Source of the DNA: Gemmatimonadaceae bacterium
GTDB taxonomy: Bacteria > Gemmatimonadota > Gemmatimonadetes > Gemmatimonadales > Gemmatimonadaceae
Direction: 5' to 3'
DNA: 42,712 nucleotides
Assembly (NCBI GenBank): GCA_040901985.1
Contig: JBBDYC010000018.1
Span: 1 to 42,712, forward strand
Part shown: positions 1 through 8,990 of the stretch, one piece after another
Layout: each line of letters begins with the position of its first letter
Position numbering within the stretch: position 1 is the first letter of the stretch
Translations under genes and position numbers: made by a program
The notes under the pieces: model-generated
The model's database searches: none
What the model saw: the letters and a program-made list of their open reading frames with translations, nothing else
What the model was told of the DNA's origin: nothing

Positions 1-3
1 CGC

Positions 4-25
4 CGCTCCCGCCAATGCGGGAGCG
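4..25. repeat. Perfect 9-bp inverted repeat upstream of pyrR (CGCTCCCGC-caat-GCGGGAGCG)
   Basis: Arms at 4-12 and 17-25, no adjacent U-tract. Function unknown. Confidence 0.6.
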
Positions 26-42
26 CGGCCATATTTGGGGGA

Positions 43-588
43 ATGTCCACGTCCCCCTCCGTCATCCTCAACGCGCGCGCCGTCGCGCGGACGATCTCCC
101 GAATGGCGGACGAGATCCTCGAGGCCAATGACGGCACCGAACGGCTGATGCTCGTCGGCATCCAGCGCCGCGGCGTCCAGATCGCCGAACGCCTCGCCGA
201 GGTCATCCGCGACCGCGAGCAGAGCGACATTCCCCGCGGTGCCCTCGACATCACGCTCTACCGCGACGACCTCCAGACCATCGGGCCGCGCCCGGTGGTC
301 GGCAAGACGCACCTCCCCGGCGCACTCGAGGGCCAGGTCGTCGTGATCGTGGACGACGTCCTCTTCACCGGCCGGACCATTCGTGCGGCGCTCGACGAGC
401 TGGCCGACTTCGGTCGCCCCGCGCGCATCATGCTCGCCGTCCTCGTGGACCGCGGAGGCCGCGAGTTGCCAATCCACGCCGACGTGGTGGGGAAGACGGT
501 CACCGTCCCGCCGGGCGGACGGGTGGATGTCTTCGTCCCCGCGCTCGACGGCCGCGACGAAGTCGTCCTCGTCGGAGCGCCGGCGTGA
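43..588 (+). CDS. pyrR: Bifunctional pyr regulator / uracil phosphoribosyltransferase PyrR
   Basis: [14 protein letters not shown]-binding [25 protein letters not shown]; sits directly before pyrB. Confidence 0.95.
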   Translation: MSTSPSVILNARAVARTISRMADEILEANDGTERLMLVGIQRRGVQIAERLAEVIRDREQSDIPRGALDITLYRDDLQTIGPRPVVGKTHLPGALEGQVVVIVDDVLFTGRTIRAALDELADFGRPARIMLAVLVDRGGRELPIHADVVGKTVTVPPGGRVDVFVPALDGRDEVVLVGAPA

Positions 589-601
589 GCGCCGGCGTGA
601 G
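575..601 (+). repeat. 12-bp tandem duplication (GAGCGCCGGCGT x2 + GAG) at the pyrR/pyrB junction
   Basis: Identical units at 575-586 and 587-598. Confidence 0.85.
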
Positions 602-1562
602 TAGCGCGCTCCTCGGCAAGGACCTCCTCGGGCTGGCCGGCCTCAGCGGCGAGCAGATCACCGCCATCCTCGACGTCGCCGAGCCGCTCCGCGAGATCTC
701 CGAACGCGCCATCAAGAAGGTCCCGACGCTGCGCGGGATGACCGTCGTCAACCTCTTCTTCGAGCCGTCCACGCGCACCCGCATCTCGTTCGAGTTCGCC
801 GAGAAGCGGATGTCCGCCGACACCGTGAACGTCGCCGCCTCGGGCTCCAGCGTCTCGAAGGGCGAGACGCTCGTGGACACCGCGCGGAACCTCGAGGCGA
901 TGCGGATTGACATGGTCGTCGTCCGCCACGCCGCGTCGGGCGCCGCGCGCTTCCTCGCCGAGCGCATCGAGTCGAACGTGATCAACGCCGGCGACGGCAC
1001 GCACGAGCACCCGACGCAGGGGCTCCTCGACCTCCTCACGCTGCGCCAACGCCTCGGCTCGCTCGCCGGCCGCCGCGTCTGCATCTGCGGCGACGTGCTG
1101 CACTCCCGCGTCGCCCGCTCGAACATCGCCGGCCTCCAGGCCCTCGGCGCCGAGGTCGCGGTCTGCGGCCCACGCTCGCTCCTCCCCGGCGCAATCCACG
1201 AGATGGGCGTCCGGACGTTCGACCGGATCGAGGCCGCCATCGAGTGGGCCGAGGCGCTCAACATCCTGCGCCTCCAGCTCGAGCGGATGCAGGGCGGCTA
1301 CATCCCGTCGCTGCGCGAGTACAATCGCGTCTTCGGCGTCACCCGCGCGCGGCTCGAGGCGGCGCCGCGCGACCTCCTCATCCTGCATCCGGGGCCGATG
1401 AACCGCGGCGTGGAGATCGATTCCGACGTGGCCGACGGGCCGCACAGCGTGATTCTCGACCAGGTCACCAACGGCGTCGCCGTGCGGATGGCCGTCCTCT
1501 ACCTCCTCGCCGGCCACGCCCCCGCCCTCGCCGACGTCGCCAAGGCCGGAGGGGCGTCGTGA
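585..1562 (+). CDS. pyrB: Aspartate carbamoyltransferase catalytic subunit
   Basis: [28 protein letters not shown]. Start is GTG 585 or GTG 597. Confidence 0.97.
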   Translation: MSAGVSSALLGKDLLGLAGLSGEQITAILDVAEPLREISERAIKKVPTLRGMTVVNLFFEPSTRTRISFEFAEKRMSADTVNVAASGSSVSKGETLVDTARNLEAMRIDMVVVRHAASGAARFLAERIESNVINAGDGTHEHPTQGLLDLLTLRQRLGSLAGRRVCICGDVLHSRVARSNIAGLQALGAEVAVCGPRSLLPGAIHEMGVRTFDRIEAAIEWAEALNILRLQLERMQGGYIPSLREYNRVFGVTRARLEAAPRDLLILHPGPMNRGVEIDSDVADGPHSVILDQVTNGVAVRMAVLYLLAGHAPALADVAKAGGAS

Positions 1563-2848
1563 CGCGGCCCCTCCTCCTCAAGGGCGGGCACCTCGTGGAT
1601 ACGTCGCAGGGACTCGACGCGGTCGGGGACCTGCTCCTCGTGGACGGCAAGGTCGAGGCGGTCGGCGGCACCATCGCCGGGCCCGATGGCGCCGAGGTCG
1701 TGTCGTGCGCGGGGCAGGTGGTCGCGCCGGGATTCATAGACGTCCACGTGCACCTCCGCGAGCCGGGGCGTGAGGACGTCGAGACCGTCGCCACCGGCGC
1801 CCACGCGGCGGTGGCGGGCGGCTTCACCGGCATCTGCGCGATGCCCAACACGCAGCCGGTCACCGACAACCAGGCCACGGTCGGATTCGTGAAGCGGCAG
1901 GGCGAGGCCGCCGGGTACGCGCGTGTCTATCCCTACGGCGCGATCTCGGTGGCGCAGCGGGGCGAAACACTCGCCGAGTTCGGCGAGATGGTGGCTGCCG
2001 GCGCGGTCGCGGTGAGCGACGACGGCCGGCCGGTGGAGAACTCGCACCTGATGCGGACCGCGCTCGAGTACGCGCAGACGTTCGGCATCCCCGTCGTCGA
2101 GCATTGCGAGGTGATGGCGCTCGCCCACGGTGGGGCGATGCACGAGGGACTCGTCTCCGCCCGGCTCGGCCTCAAGGGGATCCCCGCCGAGGCCGAGGAG
2201 ATTGACGTCATCCGGTGCATCCTCCTCGCCAAGCTGACCCGCGGCCACATCCACCTCTGCCACCTCAGCACCAAGGGGTCGGTGGCCCTCGTCCGTTGGG
2301 GCAAGGAGCAGGGCGTGAACGTCACCGCCGAGGTCTGCTCGCACCACATCTCGCTGACCGACGAGGCGGTGGAGGGCTACGATACGAACGCCAAGATGAA
2401 CCCGCCGCTGCGGACGGCCACCGATGTCGCGGCGCTGCAGCGGGGGCTGAAGGATGGCACGATCGATCTGCTGGTCACCGACCACGCGCCACACCACTAC
2501 GACGAGAAGGAGCGTGAATTTGCCGACGCGCCGAACGGGATCGTGGGGCTCGAGACCGCCCTCGGCGTGAACGTCACGTGGCTCCTCGAGCCGGGCGTCC
2601 TCTCACTCGCCCAACTGGTGGACCGGATGTCCTGCCGGCCGGCGAAGGTCTTCCATCTCCCGGGCGGGACGCTGGCCCGTGGAACGGTTGCGGACGTGAC
2701 GGTGTTCGACCCGAGGCGCGAATGGGTCGTGGAGCCCGCACAATTCCGGTCGAAGGGGCGCAATACGCCCTACGGTGGGCGCGCGCTCCGCGGCCGGGCG
2801 ATCTGTACCGTCGTGGGCGGTCGGATCGTCTATCGCAGGGCGGACTAA
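1559..2848 (+). CDS. pyrC: Dihydroorotase (multifunctional-complex type)
   Basis: [31 protein letters not shown]. Start reassigned to GTG 1559, overlapping the pyrB stop; the ORF-track extension from 1244 lies inside pyrB. Confidence 0.95.
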   Translation: MTRPLLLKGGHLVDTSQGLDAVGDLLLVDGKVEAVGGTIAGPDGAEVVSCAGQVVAPGFIDVHVHLREPGREDVETVATGAHAAVAGGFTGICAMPNTQPVTDNQATVGFVKRQGEAAGYARVYPYGAISVAQRGETLAEFGEMVAAGAVAVSDDGRPVENSHLMRTALEYAQTFGIPVVEHCEVMALAHGGAMHEGLVSARLGLKGIPAEAEEIDVIRCILLAKLTRGHIHLCHLSTKGSVALVRWGKEQGVNVTAEVCSHHISLTDEAVEGYDTNAKMNPPLRTATDVAALQRGLKDGTIDLLVTDHAPHHYDEKEREFADAPNGIVGLETALGVNVTWLLEPGVLSLAQLVDRMSCRPAKVFHLPGGTLARGTVADVTVFDPRREWVVEPAQFRSKGRNTPYGGRALRGRAICTVVGGRIVYRRAD

Positions 2849-2872
2849 AGGGTAGGGCCACCTAACCAACGA

Positions 2873-3841
2873 GTGATGCGGAAAGAGGAGTCGTCGAGGA
2901 TCGAGGCGCTGGAGGCCCTGTTGGCCGAGCGGCGCAAGCACGAGGGCTATCTCGCGAAGCTCGAGGAGCGGCGCGGGGGCACGCCCGACGCCGTCTACGC
3001 CAAGCTGCGCGACGAGTACCTGGTCAAGCTCACCGACGCGCAGGTGCGGGCGGCGGCCGAGGCCGAGGCGCTCGCGGGCGGCCTCGAGGACGACGAGACC
3101 GCAATGGCGGACGCCCAGGAGCGCCTGGCCGCGCTCGAGGCCGAAAAGCTCGAGGGCGAGCTTCGCGCGGCGGTCGGGGAGTTCGATCCCAAGGAGTGGA
3201 CCAAGAAGCTGAACGCGCTGAAGGCGAACATCGCGATCGCCGAGAAGGAGCGCGACTCCCACCTCGAGGTTCTGGAGCGGGCGCAGGCGCTCCTCGCCGA
3301 GGCGCTGGCGACACCGGAAGTCGGCGGGGGCGGTGCGGCCCCGGCCGACGGGGCGCCGAAACTGCGTCCGACCGCGGCGATGACCGGTGGCCCATCGTTC
3401 GACGAGCTCGCCTTCCTGAAGTCCGTCGTCGGGCGCAACTCGACGCCGACGAAGGAGATTCCGTCCGGGGCGTCGCAGTCGAAGCCGGATACCGACGTTG
3501 AGGAGCCCGCGTCGGCGAAGCCCAACGTAGGAGGCGCCGCGAAGGGACGGGCGGCGTCGGCCAAGCCGGCCGCGCCGGTTCCGAGCGAGCCGGAGCCGGC
3601 CGAGCCGTCAAGTGCGCCGACGCCGGAGCCTCAGGCCCCGGCGTCCGCTGAACCGTCCTCGGCTCCGTTGCCGCCCGCCGCCGCGGCGAATGACCACGAG
3701 CCATCCACGAATGCGTTCGGCAAGCCGACGCCGCGCACGTCGCAGGCGGTGAAGACGCTGAAGTGCCAGGAGTGCGGGACCTTCAACTACCCGACCGAGT
3801 GGTACTGCGAACGGTGCGGAGGGGAGTTGGCCGCGCTCTGA
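2873..3841 (+). CDS. Hypothetical protein: N-terminal coiled coil, Pro/Ala-rich linker, C-terminal 4-Cys zinc finger
   Basis: Glu/Ala/Lys-rich helical N-half; CQEC-GTFNYPTEWY-CERC at 3764-3817. Start GTG 2873 or ATG 2876. Confidence 0.85.
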   Translation: MMRKEESSRIEALEALLAERRKHEGYLAKLEERRGGTPDAVYAKLRDEYLVKLTDAQVRAAAEAEALAGGLEDDETAMADAQERLAALEAEKLEGELRAAVGEFDPKEWTKKLNALKANIAIAEKERDSHLEVLERAQALLAEALATPEVGGGGAAPADGAPKLRPTAAMTGGPSFDELAFLKSVVGRNSTPTKEIPSGASQSKPDTDVEEPASAKPNVGGAAKGRAASAKPAAPVPSEPEPAEPSSAPTPEPQAPASAEPSSAPLPPAAAANDHEPSTNAFGKPTPRTSQAVKTLKCQECGTFNYPTEWYCERCGGELAAL

Positions 3842-3866
3842 GTCCGGTGTGCCCGATTGTGGGATG

Positions 3867-3900
3867 AAAAAAGCGCCGCGCCCTCAGTGGGCGCGGCGCT
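3867..3900 (-). terminator. Intrinsic terminator for rpsT (possibly bidirectional)
   Basis: 12-bp stem AGCGCCGCGCCC/GGGCGCGGCGCT (3872-3883, 3889-3900) with an A6 run at 3867-3872 that forms a U-tract on the minus strand; lies between convergent genes. Confidence 0.85.
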
Positions 3901-3917
3901 CGTCGTTCCGGGGGGCG

Positions 3918-4157
3918 CTACTTCTGCTTGGCCTTGGCGATCCGGGACTTCCGGCGGGCGGCGGCGTTTGCGTGGATCAGCCCCTTCCGCGCGGCGCGGT
4001 CCAGCAGTTGCACGGCCTTCAACCGATCGGCAGGCGAGGCATCGGCCGCGGCGGCCGCCTTCAGCACGGTCCGCAGCGTGGCGCGCTGCGCGCGGTTGCG
4101 CGCGGTGGCCGAGCGGGTCTTGCGCAAGTTTTTCTTCGCGGACGCGATTCTTGGCAC
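3918..4157 (-). CDS. rpsT: 30S ribosomal protein S20
   Basis: MPRIASAKKNLRK...LDRAARKGLIHANAAARRKSR; AGGAGA Shine-Dalgarno upstream on the minus strand. Confidence 0.95.
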   Translation of the reverse strand: MPRIASAKKNLRKTRSATARNRAQRATLRTVLKAAAAADASPADRLKAVQLLDRAARKGLIHANAAARRKSRIAKAKQK

Positions 4158-4220
4158 TGGTCCAGGGTCTCCTGAGAGGTGATCGCCCGAGGCGCGGATA
4201 CGTCGCCCCGTAGCCTCGGA

Positions 4221-4249
4221 AGTGTAGACGGGCGCTGGACCTAAGTCAA
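4221..4249 (-). promoter_or_regulatory. Sigma70-type promoter for rpsT
   Basis: Minus strand TTGACT (4249-4244), 17-bp spacer, TACACT (4226-4221). Confidence 0.75.
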
Positions 4250-4263
4250 GCAGACACCGTGCT

Positions 4264-4292
4264 TTGACTCCACCTGCGCTGAGGCCTACCTT
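4264..4292 (+). promoter_or_regulatory. Sigma70-type promoter for the site-2 protease-scpAB operon
   Basis: TTGACT (4264-4269), 17-bp spacer, TACCTT (4287-4292); back-to-back with the rpsT promoter. Confidence 0.7.
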
Positions 4293-4307
4293 TCGCCTCG
4301 ACTGCCC

Positions 4308-5024
4308 GTGACGGGCCTCACTTCAGCCGCCCCACGCTTGGACAAATTCCAGACGTTCGTGTTGCTCGCCCCCATCCTGCTCTTCTCGATGGTGGCGCAC
4401 GAGTACGCGCACGGGTATGCGGCGCTTCGCCAGGGCGACGACACCGCACTGCGGGCGGGTCGCCTCACCTGGAATCCGCTGAAGCACATTGACCCGTTCC
4501 TCACGGTCGTCCTGCCGGTGATGATGTTCCTCACGCTTGGCGTCGCGTTCGGCGGCGCCAAGCCGGTCCCCGTGGACCCGCGGCTCTACCGGAATTACCG
4601 CCGCGGCGACATCATCGTCTCGCTCGCCGGCGTCACGGTGAACCTGATCCTCGCCGTGCTGCTCACCGGCGTCATCATCCTGCTCGGCTTGCTCGGGCGC
4701 GCCGTCCCGGGCGTGGCGAGCTCGCTCGCGCTCCTGCAGCTGATGTTCGTGTTCGGCGTCACGATCAACCTCCTGCTGGCGATCTTCAATCTCCTGCCGA
4801 TCCCGCCGCTTGACGGCTCGCACGTGGTGAAGCACTTCCTCCCTCCGGCCTGGGCGATCCGCTACCAGCGGCTCGCCGGCGCGGGCTTCCTGGTGCTGGT
4901 GCTCTTGATCCTCTTCGGCCGGCCGGTGATCAACGCCTGGCTCGCCCCGGTCTTCTTCCTCGCCCGGGTGGCGCAAGGCGTCTTCGCGCCCTTCCTGCTC
5001 CCGACGGCGTGGGCCCCGACGTGA
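4308..5024 (+). CDS. Site-2 protease family (peptidase M50) membrane metalloprotease
   Basis: HEYAH zinc motif, NLLPIPPLDG, GRLTWNPLKHID, several hydrophobic spans. Start may be TTG 4338. Confidence 0.92.
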   Translation: MTGLTSAAPRLDKFQTFVLLAPILLFSMVAHEYAHGYAALRQGDDTALRAGRLTWNPLKHIDPFLTVVLPVMMFLTLGVAFGGAKPVPVDPRLYRNYRRGDIIVSLAGVTVNLILAVLLTGVIILLGLLGRAVPGVASSLALLQLMFVFGVTINLLLAIFNLLPIPPLDGSHVVKHFLPPAWAIRYQRLAGAGFLVLVLLILFGRPVINAWLAPVFFLARVAQGVFAPFLLPTAWAPT

Positions 5025-5758
5025 CAGCGCCCCGGTCGGCCGACGCGCCGGAGTCCACCTTCGTCGTGGACTTCAGCGGCTTCAACGGCCCGCTCGACCT
5101 TCTCCTCTCGCTGATCCGCGACGACCAGCTCGACATCTACGACATCCCGGTGGCGCGCATCTGCGACCAGTTCCTCGTGCGGATGCGGCAGCTGCAGCTG
5201 AACGAGGCGGCCGAATATCTCGAGATGGCGTCGCGCCTGATCCGCATCAAGGCGCAGATGCTTCTGCCGCGGAAGGACGGCGCCGAGGCGTGGGACGACC
5301 CGCGCGCCGAGCTCGTCCGCCGGTTGCTCGAGTACCAGCAGGTGCGCGAGGTGGTGGACGTCCTCGAGCGCCTCGGCGAGGACCGGCGCAACCGGTTCGG
5401 CCGCAGCTACCTCGCCCAGCCGGCGGCGCCCCCGCCAGCGCCGCTCGCGCTCTCGCTCGCCGACCTCCTGGTCGCGGTGGACCGCGTGCTGCGCGCGGCG
5501 CGGCGGCCGACGATGCACGACGTCGTCCCGCGCGCGCTCGACGTGGACGGCACGATGGACACCGTGCGGGCGATCCTCCGATTGCGTGCGCACGCGCGCT
5601 GGCGCGACATCGTGCGGGACGAGGCCGAGCCGTGGGAGGTGTTGAGCGCGCTGCTTGCGCTCCTCGAGCTCGCCAAGCGGACCGAAGTGCACCTCACCCA
5701 ACCCCGACCCTTTGCTGACGTGGAGATCCGCCGTGAACTCGCTGGCGAAGCTGCTTGA
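5021..5758 (+). CDS. scpA: Segregation and condensation protein A (kleisin)
   Basis: FNGPLDLLLSLI...DIYDIP, AAEYLEMASRLIRIKAQMLLP, DPRAELVRRLLEY, LALLEL. Start GTG 5021 overlaps the upstream stop. Confidence 0.93.
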   Translation: MTAPRSADAPESTFVVDFSGFNGPLDLLLSLIRDDQLDIYDIPVARICDQFLVRMRQLQLNEAAEYLEMASRLIRIKAQMLLPRKDGAEAWDDPRAELVRRLLEYQQVREVVDVLERLGEDRRNRFGRSYLAQPAAPPPAPLALSLADLLVAVDRVLRAARRPTMHDVVPRALDVDGTMDTVRAILRLRAHARWRDIVRDEAEPWEVLSALLALLELAKRTEVHLTQPRPFADVEIRRELAGEAA

Positions 5759-6311
5759 AGCGGCGCTCTTCGCGAGCCCGCGCCCGATCGCGACCGACGA
5801 ACTCGCGGCCCTTGACCCCGAGGCGTCGCCGGCCGCCGTGCAGTCGGCGCTCGACGAGTTGCGCGAGCACTACGACGTGGACGGCCACGCGGTGGAACTC
5901 GTGGACGTGGGTGGCGGCTGGCAGATCCTGACGCGGCCCGAGTACACCGAGGCGATCGAGCGGGCCCAGCTGGCGATCCGCCCGACGCGCCTCTCCGGCG
6001 CCGCGTTGGAGACGCTGGCGATCATCGCCTACCGACAGCCGATCGGGCGCGCCGAAATCGGCGAGATCCGCGGCGTGGACGTCGGCGCGGTGCTGAAGGG
6101 CCTGCACGAGCGCGGGTTGATTGACGTGGTCGGCCGCTCCGAGGCGCTCGGCCGGCCGCTGCTCTACGGCACCACGTCGCGCTTCCTCGAGCAGTTCGCC
6201 CTCCGTCACCTCGGGGAACTGCCGCGCGTGGACGAACTGGCGATCGCGCTCCGCGCCGCCGAGATGCCAGTGGCCGCGGCCGTTGCGGCCTCCGCACCGA
6301 CCTCGCCGTGA
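5733..6311 (+). CDS. scpB: SMC-Scp complex subunit ScpB
   Basis: LEAALFAS, LSGAALETLAIIAYRQPI, IRGVD, GRPLLYGTT. Start reassigned to GTG 5733. Confidence 0.95.
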   Translation: MNSLAKLLEAALFASPRPIATDELAALDPEASPAAVQSALDELREHYDVDGHAVELVDVGGGWQILTRPEYTEAIERAQLAIRPTRLSGAALETLAIIAYRQPIGRAEIGEIRGVDVGAVLKGLHERGLIDVVGRSEALGRPLLYGTTSRFLEQFALRHLGELPRVDELAIALRAAEMPVAAAVAASAPTSP

Positions 6312-7042
6312 GCGACACCGCGATGCGCATCCATCGGGCGCTCGCCCGGGCGGGCGTCGCATCGCGGCGAAAGGCGGAGGAACTCGTCGCGGCCGGGCGC
6401 GTGACCGTCAACGGCGCAGTGGCACGCACCGGGCAGAGCGTGGACCCGGCGCACGACCGGATCGCCGTGGACGGACAGCCGGTTGCGCGGCCGACCACCG
6501 CGCGCTGGGTGCTCCTCAACAAGCCGGCGGGCGTGATCACGTCGCGCGCCGACCCCGAGGGACGCCGTACCGTCTTCGACCTCGTGCCGGCGGAGCCGGG
6601 CCTGACCTACGTCGGCCGGCTCGACTATATGACCGAGGGAGTGATCCTCCTCACGACGGACGGGGACGCGGCCCATCGGCTGACCCATCCGAGTTCGGCG
6701 ATTCCGCGCACCTACGTGGCCGTGGTGCGAGGATCGGTCAAGGCCGCCGCGGCCGCCATTCGGGAGGGCGTCGAACTCGAGGACGGATTTGTGCGGCCGG
6801 AGGAAGTCGAGGTCGGACCGGGGCCGGAGCCGCGCACGTGGGAACTCACGCTCACCATCCGGGAAGGGCGCACGCGCGAGGTGCGCCGGCTGTGCGAGGC
6901 GGTCGGCCTCGAGGTGCTGCGGCTCGTCCGCACCGCGTTCGGCCCGATCAAGCTCGGCACCCTCGCGCCGGGCGCGTCCCGGGCACTCGGCGCCAAGGAA
7001 CGCGACCTGCTGCTCGCCGCGGCGCACGGCCACCACGACTGA
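6308..7042 (+). CDS. rluB: RsuA/RluB-family rRNA pseudouridine synthase
   Basis: S4 domain (LARAGVASRRKAEE), NKPAG, catalytic GRLD, EGRTREVRR; usual position after scpB. Exact paralogue name is less certain than the family. Confidence 0.85.
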   Translation: MSDTAMRIHRALARAGVASRRKAEELVAAGRVTVNGAVARTGQSVDPAHDRIAVDGQPVARPTTARWVLLNKPAGVITSRADPEGRRTVFDLVPAEPGLTYVGRLDYMTEGVILLTTDGDAAHRLTHPSSAIPRTYVAVVRGSVKAAAAAIREGVELEDGFVRPEEVEVGPGPEPRTWELTLTIREGRTREVRRLCEAVGLEVLRLVRTAFGPIKLGTLAPGASRALGAKERDLLLAAAHGHHD

Positions 7043-7116
7043 CCGCCGGTCGCGGCCCGGGGTAGAACCCGCCCCGTGCCGCGCACCGCCCTTCCCGATC
7101 CCACCGCAACGATCCG

Positions 7117-8070
7117 ATGGCCAAGAATCCCCTGTCCCGCGACATCCTCGACCAGGTCTCCCAGCGCATCGTCGGCCAGCAGCCGATGGTCGAACGGCTG
7201 CTGATCGCGCTGCTCACGGGGGGCCACGTCCTCCTCGAGGGGGTGCCCGGCCTCGCCAAGACGCTGACGGTGCGGACATTGGCCGAGACGGTCCGCACAA
7301 CCTTCAGCCGGATCCAGTTCACGCCGGACCTCCTGCCCGCCGACGTCATCGGGACACAGGTCTTCGACCAGTCCACCGCCAAGTTCTCGGTCAAGCGGGG
7401 GCCGATCTTCGCCAACATCGTGCTCGCCGACGAGATCAATCGCGCCCCGGCCAAGGTGCAGGCCGCCCTCCTCGAGGCGATGCAGGAAAAGCAGGTCACG
7501 ATCGGCGGGACGAGCTTCATCCTCGACGAGCCGTTCCTCGTCCTCGCGACGCAGAATCCGATTGAGCAGGAGGGGACCTACCCACTCCCCGAGGCGCAGG
7601 TGGACCGGTTCATGCTCAAGCTGCGGGTCGGCTACCCGACGCGGGACGAGGAGCGCGAGATCATGCGCCGGATGGCAGGCGGGGAGCCGATCCCGGTGAA
7701 GGCCGTCGCCGATCCCAAGCATCTCCTCGAACTCCGGCACACGATCGCCGCGCTCTTCCTCGACGACCGGTTGGTGGATTACATCGTGGACCTCGTCCAC
7801 GCGACGCGTAGGCCCAAGGAGGCGGGGCTCGCCGACCTCGCGCCGTTGGTGGAGTATGGCGCGAGCCCGCGGGCGACGATCGCGCTCGCCCAGGCGGCGC
7901 GCGCACACGCCTTTCTCCGCGACCGGGACTTTGTCTCGCCCGACGACGTGAAGGCGATGGCCCCCGACGTCCTGCGCCATCGCGTCCTCCTCACGTACGA
8001 GGCCGAGGCGGAGAACGTGACGAGCGACGAGGTGATTGCGCGCGTCCTGGCCGTCGTTCCCGCGCCGTGA
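7117..8070 (+). CDS. moxR: MoxR-family AAA+ ATPase
   Basis: GHVLLEGVPGLAKT, RIQFTPDLLPAD, LADEINRAPAKVQAALLEAM, ATQNPIEQEGTYPLPEAQVDRF, GASPRA. Confidence 0.95.
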   Translation: MAKNPLSRDILDQVSQRIVGQQPMVERLLIALLTGGHVLLEGVPGLAKTLTVRTLAETVRTTFSRIQFTPDLLPADVIGTQVFDQSTAKFSVKRGPIFANIVLADEINRAPAKVQAALLEAMQEKQVTIGGTSFILDEPFLVLATQNPIEQEGTYPLPEAQVDRFMLKLRVGYPTRDEEREIMRRMAGGEPIPVKAVADPKHLLELRHTIAALFLDDRLVDYIVDLVHATRRPKEAGLADLAPLVEYGASPRATIALAQAARAHAFLRDRDFVSPDDVKAMAPDVLRHRVLLTYEAEAENVTSDEVIARVLAVVPAP

Positions 8071-8990
8071 GCGGAGGGCGCGCCGCCGCACCGCGCGGCG
8101 CCGGCGCGGTGCCGCCGGAGGTCCTGCGACAGGTCAAGCGGATCGAGCTACGGACCCGCGGCCTCGTCAACTCGCGCTTCACCGGCGACTACCACTCGGT
8201 GTTCAAGGGGATGGGCATGGAGTTCGCCGAGGTGCGCGAGTACCAGCCCGGCGACGAGGTCCGGACGATCGACTGGAACGTCAGCGCGCGGATGCGGCGG
8301 CTCTTCGTGAAGCGGTATGTCGAGGAGCGCGAGTTGACCGTCCTCCTCGTCGTGGACTGCTCCGGTTCCAGCCGCGGCGGCGCCGGCGCGCAGGACAAGC
8401 AGGCGATGGCCGCCGAGCTCGCCGCCGTGCTCGCGCTCACCGCCACCCGCAACAACGACCGCGTCGGTCTCCTGCTGTACTCGGACCGGGTGGAGCACGT
8501 GGTCCCGCCGCGGAAGGGCCGCCGCCACGCGCTGCGCCTCGTCCGCGATGTCCTTGCCTGGCGCGCCGGCACGCGTGCCACCGACCTTGGCGGCGCCTTC
8601 GACTACGCGGCGCGCCTCCTGTCGCACCGCAGCATCGTCTTTGTCCTCTCCGACTTCGACAGCCAGGCGCTGGAGCGGCCGCTGACGCGGCTCTCGCGAC
8701 GGCACGACGTCGTCGCCGTGGTGCTCGACGATCCCGCCGAGCGCACCCTGCCGGACATCGGCGTCGCGCGGCTGGTGGATACCGAGTCCGGCGCGCTCGT
8801 CGAAGTGGACACGAGCGCCCCCGTGGTCCGCGCCCGCTACGCCGCGATGCTCCGCGCCGAACGGGACGAGCGGCAGGGACTGCTGCGCCGCCTGGCGGTG
8901 GACGAGGTGCTGGTGCAGCTCGAGCGCGGGTACGTGGATCCGCTGGTCCGCTTCTTCCGCGCGCGCGAGACGCGCGCCCGCCGCCGGTGA
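8067..8990 (+). CDS. DUF58 family VWA-like protein
   Basis: GMEFAEVREYQPGDEVRTIDWNVSAR, DCSGS, SDF; follows MoxR as in known MoxR operons. Confidence 0.92.
   Translation: MSGGRAAAPRGAGAVPPEVLRQVKRIELRTRGLVNSRFTGDYHSVFKGMGMEFAEVREYQPGDEVRTIDWNVSARMRRLFVKRYVEERELTVLLVVDCSGSSRGGAGAQDKQAMAAELAAVLALTATRNNDRVGLLLYSDRVEHVVPPRKGRRHALRLVRDVLAWRAGTRATDLGGAFDYAARLLSHRSIVFVLSDFDSQALERPLTRLSRRHDVVAVVLDDPAERTLPDIGVARLVDTESGALVEVDTSAPVVRARYAAMLRAERDERQGLLRRLAVDEVLVQLERGYVDPLVRFFRARETRARRR

Noticed and set aside
4168..4181. TCTCCTGAGAGGTG resembles the PyrR-binding loop consensus (ARUCCNGNGAGGYU)
   Set aside because: It is on the non-transcribed strand of the rpsT leader, far from the pyr genes, and TCTCCT is simply the complement of the rpsT Shine-Dalgarno.
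4188..4210. Possible 7-bp hairpin in the rpsT leader as an autoregulatory element
   Set aside because: A short GC-rich stem with a G-U pair is expected by chance at this composition; no comparative support available.
3849..4213. Three small + strand ORFs overlapping rpsT
   Set aside because: Antisense to a clear S20 gene; two of them also cross its terminator; no recognisable motifs.
4308..7042. scpA-scpB without smc, considered as a possible Wadjet/MksBEF-like defence system
   Set aside because: The sequences are ordinary ScpA/ScpB in the common site-2 protease-scpA-scpB-rluB context; smc is often encoded elsewhere; no JetC/JetD-like gene is present.
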